Assembly: GCA_003693705.1 (NCBI GenBank)
Contig: RBZT01000127.1
Location: forward strand, 29,103-93,102
Source: Polymyxa betae A26-41
Lineage: Eukaryota; Protista; Endomyxa: Phytomyxea
Reading direction: 5' to 3'
Length of the DNA stretch: 64,000 nt
Below, piece after piece: positions 1-11,300 of the stretch; within the stretch, counting starts at the first letter, position 1; each line of letters begins with the position of its first letter. Made by a program: the position numbers and the translations under genes. A model generated the notes under the pieces. That model was not told the origin of the DNA. It saw only the letters and a list, made by a program, of their open reading frames with translations, and ran no database searches.

Positions 1-65
1 TGCACGTGATTTGGCTTGGGAAGCATCAACCATGAGCGCATGGAATCACTGGCTGGAAAGAGTCG

Positions 66-461
66 ATGGACATCCACCAGATTTCTAACATGAGCCGTTC
101 TGAGGGGGATTCCAGATCGCCTACGACTTTGCATGGCGAGCATCAGGCTGCGAGTTTAGAACCAAATAATGACGATGCTGCAGTGTCGCAAACAGAATCT
201 TCAGTAAACACTGGACAAGAGGCTACCAGTAGTCAGTTTATGACTGCAGAAGGCTGTGATGAACTCCCTATCATCGACCTAACAGTCGAACCTGTTTACA
301 AAGATAACGGCACAAGTCACCAAACTATCCCAGTCATTGATCTAACATCATCAGTTTCAGAGAAGAACAAAGTTGAAGTTCATATTGAACAGGAAAAGGT
401 TGAAAGAAGCTGTGAACGTGAAGTTGAGATTCATGTCAGTGGTATTGATCGCTCCGCTTGA
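66..461 (+). CDS. Acidic, low-complexity ORF with two SUMO-interacting-type motifs (PIIDLT, PVIDLT); possibly the terminal part of a gene starting before the window
   Basis: ORF translation; the [P]-[IV]-[IV]-D-L-T motif occurs twice. Confidence 0.35.
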   Translation: MDIHQISNMSRSEGDSRSPTTLHGEHQAASLEPNNDDAAVSQTESSVNTGQEATSSQFMTAEGCDELPIIDLTVEPVYKDNGTSHQTIPVIDLTSSVSEKNKVEVHIEQEKVERSCEREVEIHVSGIDRSA

Positions 462-562
462 GACATTCGTCTATGAAATCAGTAACATGCTGGACAGAAA
501 ATTTATTTGTCAAGAGATTTATAGGAGCAATTAAAACTAAAATTGATTCATTAGTACTATGT

Positions 563-1638
563 TCAGCATGGAATAACTTTCCCTGTAGAACGGTCTACTT
601 GTGGAGTACAGCATGTCCAGAAGGGAGTTTCAATACAATCAAGATAACGACACCACGAGCATATCCTAAACAATTGCGATCAAGACGTCTTGAAAGCTAG
701 TTTGTTACTGTTTTACCTGTTGGGATCCGAATTCCAGATAAAAATCCAGCTGAGAACAATAAACCATAAAATAATACAAACAGAAGATAGAAGTATGAGA
801 ACTGTGGAATACCATGGTTTGGTTTTGGTTTGATATCCATAATTATGATGTGGATCGATAAGAACGATAGAGCCCATGAGAAACCCACCCACAAATCCAC
901 CTAGGTGGGCCCTTAGCAATACATGTTATATTAGAAGCATTAGCACATCCTATATGAGATTGCTTACCAATTATCAACAATGGGTAAAAGTCCTAGTGAA
1001 GAGTAAATCACTCCATGCATTTTCGCTCAATTCGCATACCAATAGCTAAGCCGAAAGCAGCGTTGACAATCAGATTCAGCAAATAACAGAAAGCGCTGCC
1101 CTCCATAAGTCTATAATTATGCAAGAAATCCCCGAAAAGGGACCCGATTAGTCCAAACTAGAATATTGTTTCATTTGGTGATTGACTCTATCAATTAATG
1201 ATTACATACCAATGCTCCTGAAGCGCCAATGCTAATCTGCAATGGAAGAAATACAGCACTTAGTAGATTGCCGCTAATGCTTGATGTCAAATATATAACT
1301 GCTAAACGCCACCATCCAAATCCTTGCTCAATATTACCACCAAGACGCCAGATCATATTCAAGTTCAAAACGATATGAATAATGCCAGCATGCAGGAAGG
1401 CTGCTGTTATGAAACGCCACCATTCACCAGCTCGAATTTTTGCAGAATCCTTAGCCCCAAGATCGTCTAAAACAGCGGCCGAAGGACCAAATGTCGGATT
1501 ATCACTAAAGCTTTCGAATCGCCAGTGATTCTGGTACATTGAGTATGTGAAGGCGGCGACATTTACAATGATCATCAAAACAGTAAACCTTCTTGGATGG
1601 ACAGTTGGAGGCATCATATATGTCGTGGAGTTGACCAT
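563..1638 (-). CDS. Rhomboid intramembrane serine protease (multi-exon)
   Basis: GEWWRFITAAFLHAGIIH, catalytic GASG, AHLGGFVGG; last exon read manually as ICSWCRYLDCIETPFWTCC...* (stop 563-565). Confidence 0.92.
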
Positions 1639-2099
1639 ATTTGCCTAAGGTTAAAGGCAGTAAATATAGTTTCGAATGATGAAGAAGCGACGATGTAACC
1701 TGAATTGCACTGCTGTGCCGATAACCCTCACCCGCAACCAAAAGATATCAGCCAAGCACCCAACACCAAACACAAATGGTGAAATTTAGAGATTTCGCTA
1801 GAACTAACCATACCACAATTTTCGAGCCTTGTCAAGAGATTTAACAAACATCTAGGCACGTGCCTCGGAGAAAGAGTTCAGAACATATTTTTGGCTAAAA
1901 GAGTGTTTATGATGTACGAACGTCAACTGCAAACGTGAAACTGACTGATAAGTTGGACTATAATGATAACCTGATACTATAGCGATATAAATGTATATAT
2001 ATCACTATAGATATTGTGATTAATACGGAGATGTTTATGGTGTGTCTTGTACTATAGAGTATAGACTATAGAGTATAGACTATATTCTACATCTCTCCT

Positions 2100-2240
2100 A
2101 TTATAATACTTGTATATCAACCATCATCAAGATCCAAGTACTAATAGCCACTCCCTGCTCTCTCATATTCATTATAATACTTGTATATCAATCATCATCA
2201 AGATCCAACTACTAATAGCCACTCTTTGCTCTCTCATATA
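2100..2240. repeat. Tandem duplication, 2 x ~71 bp
   Basis: ATTATAATACTTGTATATCAA...CTCTCATA at 2100 and again at 2171 with few mismatches. Confidence 0.9.
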
Positions 2241-2296
2241 ATCTACAATCTATCTTCGCTTCTAGACAACCGATATTCGCTCTTTTCATTGCCAAT

Positions 2297-2674
2297 ATGG
2301 TCGTCAGTTTCTGCTGTTCAGATTATGTCTGCCTAATGCCATATTTATAGGCCGCTTTCTTTAACTTTCAAAGTCTTTTATGCGTCATATTGCTAACGAT
2401 TTGCACATGCGCGTATATTCATGCAAGATGGCCCTCAATATTGGATTCGCATAAGACAGGGTATTTGGGACTCTCTTCATGCCTGCTTGTGTGTTAACTT
2501 GGAACAGGTTTCGTGGACTGTTTTGGAAGTTTGCACGAGTTGGTATGGGCAAATGCTAATAATACTGTGCTCAATAAGTGTTGACTATCTATTGTAATAG
2601 GAGAACGTCTAAGTCCAATTATTAGTTTTTGTTGCTTAGCAATGGGATTCAGTACCATTTTCCTGGAGTCTTAA
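2297..2674 (+). CDS. TMEM167: Protein Kish / TMEM167 (4 coding exons, ~73 aa)
   Basis: Manual splicing: ATG | ...[34 protein letters not shown] | [11 protein letters not shown] | [24 protein letters not shown], matching the Kish consensus. Confidence 0.9.
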
Positions 2675-2925
2675 TGAATCCTCTAAACTTAAAACTTACA
2701 TAAAAGTAAATTAACATTTATACTTTTTTTAACTTGTTGGAGGCAACTCACTATCTTATATGCCTGAAATTGTTTTAGTGAAAATGAATTTAATCAAGAG
2801 TGTATGGCATGAGAAGATTCTAATAGAAACTGGAAATGGGTCTTGGACGAATCAGCAAGTTTATAAAAGGTTGTTGAGGCTGGAGAAGTTGATAAATAGG
2901 AGATTTGCGCTAATATTCAGAATTG

Positions 2926-2946
2926 TCGGACTTGATTCAAGTCCGA
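2926..2946. promoter_or_regulatory. Perfect inverted repeat TCGGACTTGA-T-TCAAGTCCGA upstream of RPL8
   Basis: Seen directly ~50 bp before the ATG; a further CGGACTT at 2970-2976. Confidence 0.5.
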
Positions 2947-2998
2947 AAAATTAGGATCGGGTTCCTCATCGGACTTCACTCGTTGTCATCTTGCCGTT

Positions 2999-3769
2999 AT
3001 GGGTCGCGTTATTCGTGGGCAGCGAAAGGGCGCTGGTAGCGTCTTCAAGGCCCATGTGAAGCACCGCAAAGGCGCCGCCAAGCTGCGCTCTGTTGACTAC
3101 AGCGAGCGCCATGGCTATACTAAGGGTGTCGTTCGTGAAATCATCCACGACCCTGGACGTGGTGCTCCCCTGGCTCGTGTCGAATTCCGTCACGCTTACA
3201 AGTACAAGAAGGCCAAGGAGCTCTTCATCGCTGCTGAAGGCCTTTACACCGGTATGTTCGTCTACTGTGGTAAAACTGCCCAGCTGACGATCGGTAACGT
3301 CCTGCCTCTGTCGTCCATGCCTGAAGGTACCTTGATCTTCAACGTTGAAGCTAAACCTGGTGACCGTGGTACTCTGGCTCGTACCAGCGGTAACTATGCT
3401 ACTGTTATCTCTCACAACTCCGATGAGAACAAGACCCGTCTTCGTCTGCCTTCCGGCGCGAAGAAGATCGTCAACTCGGACTGCCGTGCTACTATTGGTG
3501 TTGTTGCCGGTGGTGGTCGCTGTGATAAGCCAATGTTGAAGGCTGGCCGTGCTTACCATAAGTACAAGGCTAAACGTAACTGCTGGCCTAAGGTTCGTGG
3601 TGTTGCTATGAACCCTGTCGAGCACCCGCACGGTGGTGGTAACCATCAGCATATTGGTCATCCATCAACTGTCAAGAGGGATGCCCCAGCTGGTCAGAAA
3701 GTCGGTCTTATTGCTGCCCGTCGTACTGGTCGTCTGCGCGGAAAGAAGAAAATCTCCAAAGAGATGTAA
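2999..3769 (+). CDS. RPL8: 60S ribosomal protein L8 (uL2), intronless
   Basis: [11 protein letters not shown]..., [25 protein letters not shown]; strong codon bias. Confidence 0.99.
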   Translation: MGRVIRGQRKGAGSVFKAHVKHRKGAAKLRSVDYSERHGYTKGVVREIIHDPGRGAPLARVEFRHAYKYKKAKELFIAAEGLYTGMFVYCGKTAQLTIGNVLPLSSMPEGTLIFNVEAKPGDRGTLARTSGNYATVISHNSDENKTRLRLPSGAKKIVNSDCRATIGVVAGGGRCDKPMLKAGRAYHKYKAKRNCWPKVRGVAMNPVEHPHGGGNHQHIGHPSTVKRDAPAGQKVGLIAARRTGRLRGKKKISKEM

Positions 3770-4041
3770 TTGCATTTCTTCTATCCTGCTGTGTTTCTGT
3801 AATTCAATACACCGAAATTGCTTTAGTTTCATACCTTCTAATTCGTAACAAGGCATACAATGACACTCGAATCAAGTATTTGTTGAATTCTTTACTTGAA
3901 AGAGCGATGTAATTGTAATCTGATGTTATCTTTTTATATTTACGACTTTGGGTTCGTTGAATTTATAAATTGAATATCGAATGATGCATTCTAAAGCCCT
4001 TGGAATCTATACTACCGATATATGAGAGCTGATGCGATTCT

Positions 4042-4830
4042 GTGGCTTTGCAAAAACTTTATTTCGCATTTCTTATGGATGAACTCTATGTATGCGTTGA
4101 AGGCATTCCTCTCTTCCAGCTAATCTATGGTCGTTCTGGTCCACCTGGTCGTCTACATAGACTTCAACCTGAGCAATTACCAGATCCAGTACCTCCACTT
4201 CACCAATTAATATCAGTATGGCCTGATCATTTTTAGTCCAATCAGTTTTCTCATAACTGTAGGAGTTTCCACATGCTGCCTGCCAACGATGTCTCCAAGA
4301 ACCAGATAGGAAGTCGCTGGTTGGTATTGGTCCGGCTTCTCATAATGTATTGGGTGATAGGAGTGATAGCCTATCTCTCTATGATTATTTAACCAAGATC
4401 CAAGACAATCCCCAATGGATTATAACTTTGGCGAATAACACGAGTATGTAAACATGATATGTCAAGCTTTATATGAAATTTGATATAGTATGCAGATAGA
4501 CATTGTGCTGACGCTCTGCTTCTATATTGTTGTCGAAACATATGTAATCTACCAGATGATCATGATCTATGTCTAGTGAGTGGACTACCATGTAAATTAT
4601 CAGCTATAATCATGTCGGCTGTAAGGAATAGTTCGTTCCTGTCTCTGGATCCACCTCAAGCCACACTCTTTATCGAGCAACTTGTGGATTCTGGAAATTC
4701 AGAACGGACCAGGCTCATACAATCATATCTGAAGCTCGTGTACAGATATTTAAAGCCGAACCAATAAATCTCAGATATCTTGGCTGCAATCACTGAATCA
4801 GAAGCAATAGAGGTGATAATAAGAAAACTA
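4042..4830 (+). CDS. Hypothetical multi-exon protein; boundaries uncertain
   Basis: Several short same-strand ORFs separated by GT..AG-like gaps; no recognisable domain. Confidence 0.3.
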
Positions 4831-4931
4831 TAACAAGAGTGGTCTGTTATCCTGCAAATTACTGCGTGATTTTCACTTTTTCAACATCTTTGTTAGATTG
4901 AGGTTGGCGAATCTGATAGACAAGAATAGTC

Positions 4932-5947
4932 ATGTCGGTCCAAATCACCAATGGAGTCCCACCTGAAAGCGTTGCTCTATCTCAAGAAGACCTGCAAGTT
5001 GAAACCCTCGTTTGCTATGGCTGCGGAGAGATCTGATCTGTCATTCAGTTCCTTGAAAAGCTCGAAAAAGAGTTTGCCAATGATATGCCTATTCAGCAAG
5101 ATATGCTGATTCGATTCGTTCGGGGATATGCTAATGAAAAAACTCGCTGGGAAACCACTGTGCAAAAGTTGAAAGAAACGCTGGAATGGCGCAAGGCGAA
5201 CAATGTCGATAAAATTCTCTCAGCTCCACTCGAAAACGAAGCGAAATATTTTGAAATGTGGCCTCATGATTTCCATGGATTCTCTAAAAGCGGTCATCCG
5301 GTTTATTACGAGTCATCGTGTGCATCGGACCCTAGTAAGCTCCTGGAAGCTTTCTCGGTTGAAGACCAGCAGAGATTTCATATTCAGATGATGGAGATGC
5401 TAAATTTAATCAAACTAAAACGTCAACGAGACACTGGCTTTAGAACTTATAAAGCCATCGTTGTCATGGATTTATCAGGCCTGTCCAGACAACGTCAGTA
5501 ATCATTTTCAAATCACATTTCATTGGGTTTTTTCATGGCTGAGAGTTTCATTGTATCCTATTGATATAATTTTGCTTTACAGATATGAGCTCCCAATTTA
5601 CTGGGCCGATTAAGGCTCAGATTAACATCGATCAGTACTATTATCCAGAGTCTTTGCAGACTCTGTTCATCATTAACGCTCCGTTTGTGTTCCGAATGCT
5701 TTGGGGCATGATCAAGCCCTGGCTACATCCTCTAACAGCAGCCAGGATCCAGATTCTGGGCTCCGATTATCTGAAGCAATTACAAGAAGTAATTGATGTG
5801 GACCAAATTCCAAGATACCATGGAGGGTCTTGCAGCTGCTGTCCAGCTGATAAATCGCTTTCAGATCTTGCATCTGCCAAGTATCAATGTTTTGCCCAAT
5901 TGCGGCAGGAATTGGTGGCATCTGAAGGCGATCAGCAGCAGTCGTAA
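4932..5947 (+). CDS. SEC14 / CRAL-TRIO lipid-binding protein
   Basis: LIRFVRG, TLEWRK, HGFSKSGHPVYY, QYYYPESLQTLFIINAPFVF, IPRYHGG; ATG at 4932 with introns. Confidence 0.93.
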
Positions 5948-6099
5948 AGACGTCTTTTATTGTATACAAAATATTTTATCGAATTCTGATACCTTCTATG
6001 TTTGGCTAGGTATCTAATCCATAGCATTTAGATAATTCTCTTAAGAAGCTTGCGAATATGTTATAGCATCAGGAACCTTCTCTATCCGGCTGGTTTTCC

Positions 6100-7103
6100 T
6101 TTAGTTTTCGATCAGAGTAGTGCAAGTTGCACCTGAATTCTGTTTGCTATTTATTGTAAGCTGTTAACTGTCAAGGTGTTAAGTGATCATTATTAGCACC
6201 GTTTGTTTACAAAAACATTTGGTCGAGTGATATACAATAATACCAGATTAATATGCTTGATGCCAGCTTTATGACGTCACTGAATTCAACTCTCTAGCAA
6301 AACATTGCTTGTGATTGTTTCCTCAATCGTTCACAAAACATGGATTTGGTTGAATTTAAATTTAACACAGTTTGTAAAGCGGTTATAGCCCACTGGTGAG
6401 TTACTGATTTCTATAGCCAGATTGCAACAATCTCCAGAGCTTCTATCGAGTTCAAATCTCAATTTCAATTCAATGAGCGATTAGACAAAGTGATTATCTT
6501 AGAAATTAGAGCCCGAGAAACTGATAAAACATATTTGTAAACCCGACAGGCTGAGTCTTGTATTATTGAAATTGGGCTTCTTGGATACGACCTAAATTGC
6601 AGAGTTGGATGAAAGTATGATGCCAAAACAGTTTTGCTAATTAGCATAAGCACTACGACCATGTAATTAGAATGGAGACTGTAGCATTCCCAACTCCAAT
6701 GGACTGCAGCAACCTGACAATAGATTATCCATCCAGTACGATAATTTTACTAAAACATCGAGACTGAGAAATGATTTTACGACGTATAGTGGGTGAACTC
6801 TCAAGGTGATGAGACAATATAACCTTAACATAGCATACACCGAATGAACAGCTTGCCACTCAAGCTTCTGTCTACTTCTCCAATAATCACAAGAATCTGG
6901 TAGAAATTTTTTTGAAATGAAACGAGTCACGAAAAAGTCCAAACGGCCCCATCAGCAAACTTGTTATAATGTGCTAACCAAGATTTATTTAAATAAACCG
7001 ATATATCTGGCAGTCTTGGACAGTTAGTGACAAGTTCTGACAATCAATTAACAGCAGTATACCGGTAACCAGTATTGGAAGGAGAATTTTGGAATAATTT
7101 CAT
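6100..7103 (-). CDS. Hypothetical multi-exon gene divergent from WDR74; boundaries uncertain
   Basis: Minus-strand ORF pieces bounded by GT..AG; no recognised family. Confidence 0.25.
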
Positions 7104-7182
7104 AAATTTTTGATTAAGTGCGTGACGGTGTCCGTGATTTTGGATTTCATGGGAAATCTCTGCAACATTGCATTATTCAGCC

Positions 7183-8303
7183 ATGAGTAAGATAGTCTGT
7201 GGTACAAATACAGGTCTTATAAAGGGTATCATCTCTCTATTCATAAGTTATCTCCATTATATACTTATTTTCATTATTTAGTTGTTAATCTCAAATCGAA
7301 AACTGTCGAGTCAACATATGGAATCCAAGGCGTAAATCAATCCATTAGCAAACTACAAATATCTCATCAATGTCGACTAGCTATTGCAGCAAGAAAATCA
7401 GGCACTGTCACAATCACATCGCTTGAAGATGGTACATTGACGAAATCGCTGGAATTTGGGTCTCGAGATCTGGTCGGTTTATCAGTATTGCATGACAATA
7501 GAATTCTGTCCTGTGATGATATTGGCAATGTAAAGATTGCCAATATGGAATGTGATTCGATCATGACCAGCTGGAAGGTTGGTGATAGTATTCGAGGCTT
7601 CTCTTGCAATCTGGAACAATTTGCTTGTGGTGGTAAAGAGCAAGATCTCAAACTTTGGGATATATCTAATCAATCGATTATATTCCAAGGTAAGAATGTG
7701 CCTGTTGATAAATTATCTATGAGAAAGCCGATCTGTATCAATACGATCAGTATGCATAACGATAATCGCAATCTGATTGCTACTGGCACTGCCTATCATG
7801 AAATTCGTCTATATGATACACGACGAGGTCGACGTCCTGTTAATGATGTTCAAGTTAGTGATAACGCCATCACTGCCATGACAATGGGTTCATCAGGTCA
7901 ATCATACAATATATTCGCTGCTGATGCTGCTGGTATACTACAGCAATATGATCTGAGAAAGAATCTGTCGGTTGTTGGTCGATATCGAGGTCCTACTGCT
8001 TCTATCCGATCTATTCATGTACATGCTAATAATGGTCTAATGGCATCTCTTGGATTAGATCGTCACTTGTATGTTCATGATGTCTCTACTAGAACATTAT
8101 CTGCACGAATATATCTTAAACAGGCTCTCAATACTGTCTCATGGTATGATGGCATTAACACCTCCAGTACAGAACTAGACGGCCATGAAAGCAATGATGA
8201 TGATGATGATCTGTGGAATGATATGGAGAGCATAGATAATGACGATGATGATGATGACAATACGAGACTCAATAAACGGTCGAAACCAAGTGATGATGAA
8301 TAA
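7183..8303 (+). CDS. WDR74: WD-repeat ribosome biogenesis factor WDR74/NSA1
   Basis: ACGGKEQDLKLWD, KNVPVDKL, GTAYHEIRLYDTRRGRRPV, SIRSI, GLDRHL, acidic tail; ATG 7183 plus one intron. Confidence 0.9.
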
Positions 8304-8329
8304 ATGATAATATTAATAGATGATTGGAA

Positions 8330-11300
8330 TCACTGGTTATATAGCTGATTAGATATAATATTCCTGGCCTGATTAACAGCTACACGAACACGTTCATTAC
8401 CATCAGCTGTATATTCCGATATTAGAGATTGCATAGCATTGATTAGTTGCAGATTATCACTTCGTACTAGATCAAGTTCACGTTGTAATTGTTTCATTTC
8501 AGATAGATGAACCTGATTAGTATCATCATCATCAACGGATTCGGCAATCATCATTCGGAACTGCAACTGAGCATATCTAAGATCTTTCTCCAATTGTTCG
8601 ATATGTTGTCGTGATGTCTGAATCACAGAATCTCTATCGGATAATATGGAATACATCTTTGACAATTCTGAATTCAATCGATCTCTAGTATTCTCAGCAT
8701 CCTGTAATTGAACCTGCAACGTTTGCATCTGGTTCATTTCAGTGTGCGCCAATCGTCTCGATCTATAAGTTTTTAATGGAATAATATCATCTTGGTCATT
8801 ATCATGTTGTGAATCTGCTAATGTCTGCTCTAAATGTCGGATACGTTGCTGTGCAGATATAGTTTGTGTACGTATGCGATGAAACTGTTTGCAGTTGTAT
8901 AGAGCAGTAGAGATGCGACTAGAGAGAATTTCCAGTCTGTTGATATGATCGGGAGTCCATCTTCTTCCATCAATATTATTATACTGACAGATCTATAATA
9001 TACCCAACTTCAATGACATGTAATATATTGAGACAATGTGATTCTGACCTCAACTACCCCAATAATACGCTGTTGATGGTCATAGACCGGTACAGCCATA
9101 ATTGACATTATATTGCATGATGTATACCAGGACAGATTACTGAGACCCAGATTCAGATTCTGTAACTCCACATTCGATAATATTGTATCATTCCAAGGAT
9201 TAAACAGAAGCAATGATCGACCAAGACGTTGCACTATTCCTACGACACTATTTTGTGATGGTAGACGAATACTTCCAGGTACGACTTCGAATATGCTCAA
9301 TACTACCATTAGAGAGCATATGATGTTCTTTACCTGATATTGCATCAGCCATATTACTGAATAGATCATTATGTTCACTATCATAGAGAAATAAATGTGC
9401 ACGATCAGCTACAAAGGCTTTGGCTATGAACATGTGCACAGCTTGGAACCTACACAGATGTTAGGTGTAATAACGAATATATATAGATATGGTTAATACA
9501 ATTGTGATAGCTGTACAATACCAATTATGGCACTACAGAACTGCACAATCTCATTCAACGAATGAATAGAGTCTTGATGCATTCGTATCTGATCATTGCT
9601 CAATGACAGCGCATCCCGAACTCCTCCTAATTGTTCAGCAGATTTAACTGCTTCCTGCTCCCATTTACTGCACAGCCGATTGCTCTGTATGAATAAATGA
9701 ACATAGAATCTAATTTCAAACGGCTTTGCTGTGAATACCTGCATAATTAAAGACAGGAAGGCAGCAATGGATGTGAGATAATCAGCTTCAGTAATATATG
9801 GCTGATTCTGATCACATGGTTTAATATTAACTAATTGTAATAGACCAGATACACATGCTGATGATAGATCAATAATAGGTATAATTATGGTAGATTGTAA
9901 TGTCTCTAACATCCATTGATCTGGAAATTCCGAATATCTCTCATCAACACTAACACATGGTATAATCTGTAATGAAGCTGATGATACAGCAGTACCCAGG
10001 AGACCTTGACGAGCACCAAAATGAACATCGTCATTTTGCCTGCCAGTTGCCAAGGACATGTCTGTGTAAATGAGATGGAATCTCAGATCATCAGAAAGCA
10101 GAAATAATGCAGCACCACGAAATTCGAACCGTCGATGTAGCAATGAGATGAGATCCCGGCCGATCTGAAGACAACGATCGGGTCTATCCAGACGCCATGT
10201 ACCAGCTCGTCCTAATAGCTGTAACTCCAACGATCTACATGATTCTATGCATACTGTTAAATTCACCAACATCTGTAAAAATCAATAGCTGACCTGATCT
10301 ATCATCGATATGAGCTTCACGATAATCTTCAGGAAGTTGGTGTTGTATAGAAAGGGTCATGATTACATCAGCAATAAGTTCAGCAAACTGCGATTGTTTG
10401 GGTGAGAAAGGCGATCCAGATTCATATCGAACACATCGAAGAAGACCCAGAGCAAGATCCTGATTAGGATCTTTGAGCGGTATATATAGTATAGAGGACA
10501 GATTCTCTGTCGAATACTGGCCCATTGCATCAGAATCGGGATTGTATCGTGGATCAGTGCTGATATCCACAACCATATATGACGATTTAGTAGATAGAAC
10601 CCAGGACATAATACTACCAGCACCCACGATAGTCTTCTCAGTGAACGATTTCTCATCAACTGACCACATTATTAGATAAAAGATTGGAGACGTGTGACAT
10701 TATTATGAACCTGGATATTGAAGTGAATTAGGTTGATGATGCTTAAATATAGTAACTGAATCAGCCTGCATTAATCTGCACCATGATGATTGTAACATAC
10801 ACATCTGTTCAGCAGTAATATTAAAACAAGATCCATTCAGCTTCAACACGAATGTCAATAGATCTCGCAATGCCTGCTGTCGACCTTTAAACTCATCTAT
10901 CTCGTTACTTAACTAGATTATAGAAATTAGAAGATTACCAATGTCTCATGGCCACAATCTTTACCTGATCTATTTTAGCATTGGCATTATTCAATTGATC
11001 AGTCAGATAACGAATATTAAATAGATGATTGACCAGATTGCCATAGATGCTGCCGCATAACAGCTCCAGATCATCAAATCTGGGGCTGCGACGTATGATC
11101 TGAACCAATAGATGACCGTACTGGCTCGGAATCCACATGGCCGCCATCCCCTGATGGGATCGCGATACAGCCGACATGACCATACCGCTCTGCATTGCTT
11201 GATGGGCAGATTGTGTGAGGTCATGATCAAGACCAGATGTTAGCTCATCTATAGATGTAATACGAGCCCAATCAGCCAAGATATTGAAACCATCATAGCT

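Noticed and set aside
2966-3661. 231-aa antisense ORF over RPL8
   Set aside because: Shadow ORF produced by the strong codon bias of RPL8
3982-4045. In-frame TGA-TGC upstream of ORF 4042 as a possible selenocysteine
   Set aside because: No upstream ATG in that frame, no selenoprotein family motif and no evident SECIS
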